64,000 nucleotides of DNA, taken from the NCBI GenBank assembly GCA_964350735.1, contig CAYGKO010000001.1, positions 182,578 to 246,577 of the forward strand. Direction: 5' to 3'. The DNA comes from an uncultured Candidatus Saccharibacteria bacterium. Lineage in GTDB: Bacteria > Patescibacteriota > Minisyncoccia > Phycocordibacterales > UBA918. The position numbers were made by a program, and so were the translations under genes. Within the stretch, counting starts at the first letter, position 1; each line of letters starts with the position of its first letter. Shown piece by piece: positions 57,962 through 64,000 of the stretch. The notes under the pieces are model-generated. The model was given only the letters and a program-made list of their open reading frames with translations, was not told the DNA's origin and ran no database searches.

Positions 57962-59075
57962 GATTACTGATATCACTGATTTACGTGATAAGTACGTACT
58001 GGTGCGCACATCACTCAATGTTCCTATCGCAGATGGAGAGGTGACGAACCAGTTCCGGATTGCACGAGCATTGCCCACCATTAACTATCTTGTGCATCAA
58101 GGTGCGAAAGTACTACTTATAGCGCACATCGGTCGAGAAAAAACAGATACGCTGAAACCAGTGTTTGATGTCCTTGATGATATGCTCCCAATTCAGTGGT
58201 CTACTGAAACGATCGGCGAGTCAGTTCGACTACAGCGTGATAACTTGAAGTCTGGTGAAGTATTATTATTGGAAAACGTTCGTCAAAATGAAGGTGAAAA
58301 GTCAAACGACAAAAACTTTGCTGCAGATCTAGCAGCACTCGCTGATATGTATGTAAACGATGCTTTTGCGGCCTCCCATCGAGCGCACGCTTCGCTAGTA
58401 GGCGTGCCCAATCATCTTCCTTCGTACTTCGGCATGAACTTTATTCATGAGTATGAAGAGCAATGTCGGGTGATGCAGCCAGAGTCACCGTCGCTGTTCA
58501 TTTTAGGTGGAGCGAAGTTCGATACTAAGATGCCGTTGGTAGAAGAGTATATTGAAAAGTACGACCAGGTATTTATTGGCGGCGCCCTGGCAAATGATGT
58601 GTTTAAGGCTCAGGGATTTGAAGTGGGTACCTCGCTTGTTTCAGACGTTGATCTAACCGGAAATTCGTTTCTGAAGAGTGAAAAATTGTTGTTACCAGTC
58701 GATGTGACAGTACAGGGACCAAACGGCGTTCGTGTTTGTGCACCAGACGTTGTTGCGGCAGACGAAGCGATTCTGGATGCCGGTCCAGCCACAATTGAAA
58801 TGCTGACTCCATATGTAGGGTCAGCGAAGACTATTCTTTGGAATGGTCCACTTGGTAATTACGAAGCAGGCTATGGAAAAGAAACGGAGAGCCTCGGACG
58901 ACTAATCGCTGCTAGTGATGGCTATGCTGTCCTTGGCGGGGGAGACACCATTGCGGCAATTGAAGGGATTGGCCTGCAAGAAAAATTTGGCTTCCTTTCT
59001 ACTGCTGGCGGCGCCATGTTGACCTTTATGGAGAATGGCACCTTGCCCGCAATTGATGCTGTGATGAATAAGTAA
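57939..59075 (+). CDS. pgk: phosphoglycerate kinase
   Basis: LNVP, LLENVR, NDAFAASHRAHAS, GGAK, WNGPLG, GGGDT, STAGGA. Confidence 0.96.
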   Translation: MQKHTLPKITDITDLRDKYVLVRTSLNVPIADGEVTNQFRIARALPTINYLVHQGAKVLLIAHIGREKTDTLKPVFDVLDDMLPIQWSTETIGESVRLQRDNLKSGEVLLLENVRQNEGEKSNDKNFAADLAALADMYVNDAFAASHRAHASLVGVPNHLPSYFGMNFIHEYEEQCRVMQPESPSLFILGGAKFDTKMPLVEEYIEKYDQVFIGGALANDVFKAQGFEVGTSLVSDVDLTGNSFLKSEKLLLPVDVTVQGPNGVRVCAPDVVAADEAILDAGPATIEMLTPYVGSAKTILWNGPLGNYEAGYGKETESLGRLIAASDGYAVLGGGDTIAAIEGIGLQEKFGFLSTAGGAMLTFMENGTLPAIDAVMNK

Positions 59076-59077
59076 AT

Positions 59078-59581
59078 ATGTCGGAGTTCCACCCTGTCGT
59101 CCAAAAGATCAGAGATCTTTTGGACGTCCACCAGATTGCATACAAAACGTTTGAGCATGAAGCCGTCCGCACTAGTGAAGAGGCAGCAGCATTGCGACCA
59201 GAATATTCACTCAGCCAAGGGACCAAAGCGTTAATTGTGCGGATTAAGAAAAAGGGTGTGCCAAAAGACGCAGAAAAACAGTTTGTGCAACTAGTAGTGC
59301 CTGGTGATGCAAAGTTTCAACCACAAAAAGCCCGGGTCGCGCTTGCTGCTAAAGACATTCGATTTGCTACTCCTGAGGAAGTGGCAGAAATCACTGGTGG
59401 AGTCCAGCCGGGCGGTGTACCACCGTTTGGAAATCTATTTGGCTTGCCGGTTTTTATGGATACACAATGCTTAGAGCATGAAGAATCAATTTTCAATGCT
59501 GGTGATCGCCGTTATTCTATTGCTCTTAAAAACGCAGATTTGCTACAAGTAGTACAGCCCAAAATTGTAGAAATAACATAA
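59078..59581 (+). CDS. YbaK/ProX-family aminoacyl-tRNA deacylase
   Basis: TKALIV, FATPEE, PGGVPPFG, FNAG. Confidence 0.9.
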   Translation: MSEFHPVVQKIRDLLDVHQIAYKTFEHEAVRTSEEAAALRPEYSLSQGTKALIVRIKKKGVPKDAEKQFVQLVVPGDAKFQPQKARVALAAKDIRFATPEEVAEITGGVQPGGVPPFGNLFGLPVFMDTQCLEHEESIFNAGDRRYSIALKNADLLQVVQPKIVEIT

Positions 59582-59622
59582 TCAAAAAAGCCGCCAGCAC
59601 TGCTGGCGGCTTTTTATGTTGG

Positions 59623-60030
59623 TTAGTCTTCGAGCGCAGCAATGATTTGGGTGGCGGTCAGGGCTAGTTCAGCATCATCTGCTTCTGCACTTTCGTGCAT
59701 GATAGCACCGAGCGCTTTCTCGGTATTTTGCATCGGGAACACCTTGATGTGGACATGAGGGACGTCAAATCCTTCTACGACGAGACAGGTGCGCTCAGCA
59801 TTAAGGGCAGCGTCACACGCTTTGCCCACCTTCTTGGCAATTTGGAAAAGATGCAGATAGGTTTCATCATCGAGGTCAAAGGCGTAGTCGACGTCTTTTT
59901 TAGGGATGATCAGCGTTTGGCCTTTGACGGCTGGGAATTTATCTAAGATTGCAACACAGTGTTCGTCCTCATAGAGAAAGTGTCCGGGGATCTCACGATT
60001 AATGATTTGGGTGAAAATTGATGCAGCCAT
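59623..60030 (-). CDS. HIT family hydrolase
   Basis: SIFTQII..EIP, VPHVHIKV (third His replaced). Confidence 0.9.
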   Translation of the reverse strand: MAASIFTQIINREIPGHFLYEDEHCVAILDKFPAVKGQTLIIPKKDVDYAFDLDDETYLHLFQIAKKVGKACDAALNAERTCLVVEGFDVPHVHIKVFPMQNTEKALGAIMHESAEADDAELALTATQIIAALED

Positions 60031-60120
60031 AATATATATAAAGTTGTATGCGCAGATTGTACCACGCAATTTTTGTTTGGTTCATAGGTACGCTTAGTGG
60101 TCGATGGTAAAATGAACTCA

Positions 60121-61818
60121 ATGACTACTTACCGTGTGGCGGACACTGTTCCAACTGATGTGCAAGCCAGCTTAGCTGCTCATTCGCTGCACTTAGTTCA
60201 GCTCTTATACAACCGGTCTCTTACCGATGCGGCAGTAATCGATACATTCCTAGAACCCTCGTATGATGACCATCTTCACGATCCGATGTTGCTGCCAGAT
60301 ATGCAGGTTGCAGTAGAGCGGATTTTGAGAGCAATTACAAATGAAGAGAAGATTATTGTCTATAGTGATTATGATTGTGATGGTATCCCTGGTGGGGTGA
60401 TTTTGCACGATTTTTTAGTGGCTGCCGGTCACACAAACTTTGAGAACTACATTCCGCACCGTCACTTTGAAGGGTTTGGTTTTAACGAATCAGCTGCAGA
60501 GAAGTTGGCAGTAGCTGGTGCACAGCTGATCATTACAATTGATTGTGGAACCACAGATGTGACGGCCGTAGCGAAAGCCAAGGAACTTGGTGTTGATGTC
60601 ATCGTTACCGACCATCACCAACCAGGAGAAGTATTGCCAGCAGCGCTGGCAATTGTGAATCCACAGCTCGGTGACTCGTATCCCTTTAAAGGTCTATGTG
60701 GCGCGGCGGTGGTGTACAAGCTGGCACAGGCGTTGCTAGAGGCTGGAGATTTTGACATCGCTCCCGGGAAAGAAAAGTGGTGGCTTGATATGGTGGGGAT
60801 TGCAACCATCGCTGACATGGTTCCGCTTGTTGATGAGAACCGCGTACTGGCGAGCTATGGCTTGCGGGTTCTGCGGAAGTCTCGGCGACCAGGCTTGCAG
60901 CTGCTGCTGCGCAAGCAACGTGCCAATCAAGCGTATCTAACCGAAGACGATATCGGTTTCACGATTGGGCCGCGCATTAATGCGGCGTCTCGGATGGATA
61001 CGCCGCTCGAAGCCTTTACTCTGCTTGCGACTACTGACGAAGGTGAAGCCGGTGTGTCTGTCGATCGCCTCGAAGCGCTCAATAATGAACGCAAAGGCAT
61101 GGTCGCTAGTATGACTAAAGAGATTAATAAACGCATGAAGGAGTTATCCGAAGTCCCTGACGTGCTGGTGCTTGGTAATCCTGACTGGCGGCCGTCTTTA
61201 GTTGGTCTGGCTGCGAACAAACTCGCCGAGGAATACAAACGCCCAGCCTTCTTGTGGGGACGCGATGGTAATGGAGTAATCAAGGGATCGTGTCGGAGTG
61301 ATGGGCGAGTGAGTGTGGTGAAACTGATGCAGGCGATCCCCGAAGCCTTCCTTGAAGCCGGCGGTCATCACATGGCTGGTGGGTTCGCCGTACATGATGA
61401 TCAAGTATTTGATCTACCTAGTCGCTTTAACGAAGCGTTTGTAACCCTTGGGAATGAAGCGTTGGTTGATGAAGAGGTGGTACTTGATGCCAGTCTGCAA
61501 CTCACCGATATTAATCGAGATCTCCTCGCGACCCACAAGCGGATGGCTCCTTTCGGTGAAGCTAACCCAAAACCCCTGTATGAATTTGCCGGGGTCACAC
61601 CAAGTGAGGTGCAGTTGTTTGGAAAAGGGAAAGAACACTTGAAGCTTTTATTTGAAACGCCAAAGGGAAAGGTAGAAGCCATCGCCTTTTTTAAAACAGC
61701 CAAAGATTGGCAGCGAGAACCCTTGGCTGGCGCTGCCCTCTGCCTTATCGGTCACGTCGAAGAATCATTTTTTATGGGCCGGATGCAAACGAGAATTCGA
61801 ATAGTAGACATTGTCTAA
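60121..61818 (+). CDS. recJ: single-stranded DNA exonuclease RecJ
   Basis: DYDCDG, TIDCG, TDHH, GPRINA, GSCRS, GGH. Confidence 0.95.
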   Translation: MTTYRVADTVPTDVQASLAAHSLHLVQLLYNRSLTDAAVIDTFLEPSYDDHLHDPMLLPDMQVAVERILRAITNEEKIIVYSDYDCDGIPGGVILHDFLVAAGHTNFENYIPHRHFEGFGFNESAAEKLAVAGAQLIITIDCGTTDVTAVAKAKELGVDVIVTDHHQPGEVLPAALAIVNPQLGDSYPFKGLCGAAVVYKLAQALLEAGDFDIAPGKEKWWLDMVGIATIADMVPLVDENRVLASYGLRVLRKSRRPGLQLLLRKQRANQAYLTEDDIGFTIGPRINAASRMDTPLEAFTLLATTDEGEAGVSVDRLEALNNERKGMVASMTKEINKRMKELSEVPDVLVLGNPDWRPSLVGLAANKLAEEYKRPAFLWGRDGNGVIKGSCRSDGRVSVVKLMQAIPEAFLEAGGHHMAGGFAVHDDQVFDLPSRFNEAFVTLGNEALVDEEVVLDASLQLTDINRDLLATHKRMAPFGEANPKPLYEFAGVTPSEVQLFGKGKEHLKLLFETPKGKVEAIAFFKTAKDWQREPLAGAALCLIGHVEESFFMGRMQTRIRIVDIV

Positions 61819-61877
61819 ACGTCGCAGACCACCAACTGATACGCGCCACCCAAAATTTTCACCCTCCCACCTGATAT

Positions 61878-61902
61878 AATTTAGTACGATATATCGTACT
61901 AA
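61878..61902. repeat. palindromic repeat, copy 1
   Basis: AATTTAGTACGATATATCGTACTAA immediately after TGATATAAT. Confidence 0.85.
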
Positions 61903-61914
61903 CATATTACGAGT

Positions 61915-62313
61915 ATGCCTCATCTTTCTACAAAAAAATTATCGCAGGAATTGCAGACCGAGCTTTTTACACAACTGCAATCAGTAGTAGCAAGTGCCCG
62001 ATCTGAAACGGCTGGAAAAATTATCGATGAACTGCTAACTGAAACTGAGTATCAGATGTTATCAAAGCGTTTAGCCGCGGCAGTCATGTTTGACGTGGGA
62101 TGCTCCGCATATCAAGTATGGAATACGCTAGCTATCAGTCCATCAACGGCTGCTCGACTGCAGGTGGCGTATGAAGCGGGAGCGTATAGACAAACACTCA
62201 AGTCGCTACACAAATCACAGCGGCATGAAATCTGGCTTTTCTTAGAAAAACTATCTCGCGGCGGGTTGCCAGAAATGGGTAAAAACCGCTGGTCTGGTAT
62301 TACGAAAAACTAG
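61915..62313 (+). CDS. TrpR-like (YerC/YecD) HTH protein
   Basis: ELLTETEYQMLSKRL..G.S..V...L.ISPSTAAR. Confidence 0.8.
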   Translation: MPHLSTKKLSQELQTELFTQLQSVVASARSETAGKIIDELLTETEYQMLSKRLAAAVMFDVGCSAYQVWNTLAISPSTAARLQVAYEAGAYRQTLKSLHKSQRHEIWLFLEKLSRGGLPEMGKNRWSGITKN

Positions 62314-62314
62314 C

Positions 62315-62360
62315 ATCAGCCTCAATTTAGTACGATATATCGTACTAAATTGAGGCTGAT
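62315..62360. repeat. 46-bp perfect palindrome containing repeat copy 2
   Basis: ATCAGCCTCAATTTAGTACGATA|TATCGTACTAAATTGAGGCTGAT. Confidence 0.9.
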
Positions 62361-62390
62361 TGGTGATTTTGCTGTATAGTAAAAAGAATT

Positions 62391-62810
62391 ATGGAAAAAA
62401 TCATTGCTTATGCAGCAGGGAGAGCTAACGGTAATCCGGGGCCAGCGGCCGTTGGGGTATACGTGACTGATGAGTCAGGGGCCGTGGTGACTGAAGCAAA
62501 ATTATCGATTGGAAACAGTAACGATAATTATGCAGAGTATCACGGCGTGCTGCTAGCATTGCAAACCTTGCAGGAACACTACGGCCAAGTGACGGCAGAT
62601 ATGGCGTTTGAGATCCGACTCGATTCAGAATTTGTCTACAAGCAACTCAAGCATGTCGCCCCGGTCACTCACCCTGGCCTGGTCCCAATGTTTGTTGAGA
62701 TCCACAATATGCGGGTAGCCAGTTTCCCCCAGCTGACTGTAGTGCTTGTGCCTGAAGGAGAAAATAAAGAGGCTAAACTGTTAGTAAATGAAGTTTTGGA
62801 CGGGAAGTAG
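62391..62810 (+). CDS. RNase HI-fold protein with degenerate active site
   Basis: GNPGPAA, NYAEY, DSE retained; first and last catalytic Asp replaced. Confidence 0.8.
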   Translation: MEKIIAYAAGRANGNPGPAAVGVYVTDESGAVVTEAKLSIGNSNDNYAEYHGVLLALQTLQEHYGQVTADMAFEIRLDSEFVYKQLKHVAPVTHPGLVPMFVEIHNMRVASFPQLTVVLVPEGENKEAKLLVNEVLDGK

Positions 62811-62928
62811 AAATAAAACCAACTGAATCGGGAGTTTTAACTTGACGTCGGAACAGATTCGGAGTATTTTCGTACTATTCTCCGAGAACCCAACCAAGAA
62901 AGGGCGGGAATGGAGATGGGAGTGTTCT

Positions 62929-63123
62929 ATGAAAAATTATGAAGGACGGATGGTTTCCTTGTGTCGCCAGCACGCGGATCTCGCTGCTGAAATTGAAGAG
63001 AAGCAGCGTCAGCCTGGCGCTGACCATCTTGTGATTCAGAAACTCAAGAGAGAAAAACTCAGGCTCAAGGACGAAATCACTCGTCTGAGTGTCCAAGCCG
63101 CTGCAGCCATCGCTGCCGAATGA
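62929..63123 (+). CDS. DUF465/YdcH family small coiled-coil protein
   Basis: L..QHADL..EI...RQP..D...IQKLKREKLRLKDEI. Confidence 0.8.
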   Translation: MKNYEGRMVSLCRQHADLAAEIEEKQRQPGADHLVIQKLKREKLRLKDEITRLSVQAAAAIAAE

Positions 63124-63458
63124 GGGCGCGGCGAAGTTCGCCCCCTCAGATGCGTCCTCCCCCTGCCAAGAAAAAGAAAATAGCGCGGGGAAAAAACGGA
63201 AGTCGACGTGGAGGTATAAAGGCCTTGCGACGGCAGCAGCGCCGCTGAAAATGTTCGTTCGGGGTGGCGGTTTCCGCCACCCGCCCAGGGAAAGGTGTTA
63301 TCCAATTCGGGATGACGCCTATTTTTTTTGCGCAGTGGATTTATTTGACGGAGAAGTTATTTCTAGGTATTGTGTGATTAGGTTGGTTCTTTCTATAGGA
63401 GCCGACCGTCTTTGTTTGCATGAGGCAACGAAGAAAAGAACTCTTTCAGGAGACCGAC

Positions 63459-63533
63459 ATGACCGATGCTCGCAAACGAACACCAAACTACATGAGCGCC
63501 AAGAAAGGGGGTGAGCCCCGGTCCGTGGTTTAA
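63459..63533 (+). CDS. possible small peptide (24 aa)
   Basis: MTDARKRTPNYMSAKKGGEPRSVV; AGGAG SD; TTGACG-17-TATTGT promoter; terminator near 63598-63624. Confidence 0.35.
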   Translation: MTDARKRTPNYMSAKKGGEPRSVV

Positions 63534-63646
63534 CGGCACGCAGCGATGCGTAAATTGTCGACATGATGTCGATTATATCTTGGCGCATATGCGCCGTGGC
63601 GCGGTCTAGCAAACCGCGCCTTTAACTTTTCTGCTACACTCATTCT

Positions 63647-64000
63647 ATGGGTGGTTTTTTATTTTATATAGGGACCTTGAGCTTTTTGTTGGGGGTGGGG
63701 GTGCGGACGGTGATTGGTTTTGATATTACGGTTGGGGTTTTGGGGTTGGTGGTATCGGTTGGGTTGGCACTATTGTGGCGGCGGGTGGAGGGACGAGAGG
63801 AAGGGGTTGGTAGGTGGATAGTGTTGGCTGCGGCCATTAGTCTTTTTTGTTTTTCACTCGGTCTCTTCCGGGTAGAGTGGGCCGATCAACACACCGAGCC
63901 GGTTATCTGGGAACAGTACGTGGAGAGTGAAGTAGTGCTCGAAGGTAGGGTGGTACGCGAACCAGACGTACGGGCTAACACACAACATTTGTATACTAAG
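63647..64000 (+). CDS. comEC: ComEC/Rec2 competence protein, N-terminal part (runs off window edge)
   Basis: TM-rich start, GLFR, then LEGRVVREPDVR OB-fold-type segment. Confidence 0.7.
   Translation, partial: MGGFLFYIGTLSFLLGVGVRTVIGFDITVGVLGLVVSVGLALLWRRVEGREEGVGRWIVLAAAISLFCFSLGLFRVEWADQHTEPVIWEQYVESEVVLEGRVVREPDVRANTQHLYTK

Noticed and set aside
1-64000. Alternative genetic code (UGA = Gly, code 25)
   Set aside because: Long conserved genes have no in-frame TGA, and TGA ends several genes (19028, 35643, 63123).

Overview
The window looks like chromosome from a Patescibacteria/CPR (Parcubacteria-like) bacterium. This is inferred from gene content, tRNAs without encoded CCA, mostly leaderless genes, type IV pilus genes and comEC; genetic code 11 fits. 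Housekeeping genes include xth, the CCA-adding enzyme, aclBA, corA, ilvE, tdk, HU, rny, clpP, tig, ppaC, nusA, pilBC with pilins, tpiA, pgk and recJ, plus four tRNAs. The main find is at tRNA-Gly(TCC). A ~5.85 kb integrative element (large serine recombinase, HUH rolling-circle Rep, C-like regulator, GIY-YIG, Shedu-like nuclease, HD protein) is followed by two recombinase-free gene blocks. All three blocks end just after a stop codon in the same 28-bp att-like repeat. The repeat shares its core with the tRNA 3' end and encodes the recombinase's alternative C-terminus, suggesting an integron-like cassette array driven by a serine recombinase. Other notable signals: an unannotated ~470-nt structured RNA with its own promoter and terminator; about 14 parS-like palindromes, mostly inside coding sequence, around a DnaA-box/AT-rich patch; two leader-peptide hairpin/terminator leaders; a TrpR-like gene bracketed by identical palindromes; and several self-contained small-protein genes. 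All calls come from reading the sequence by eye; no searches were run.
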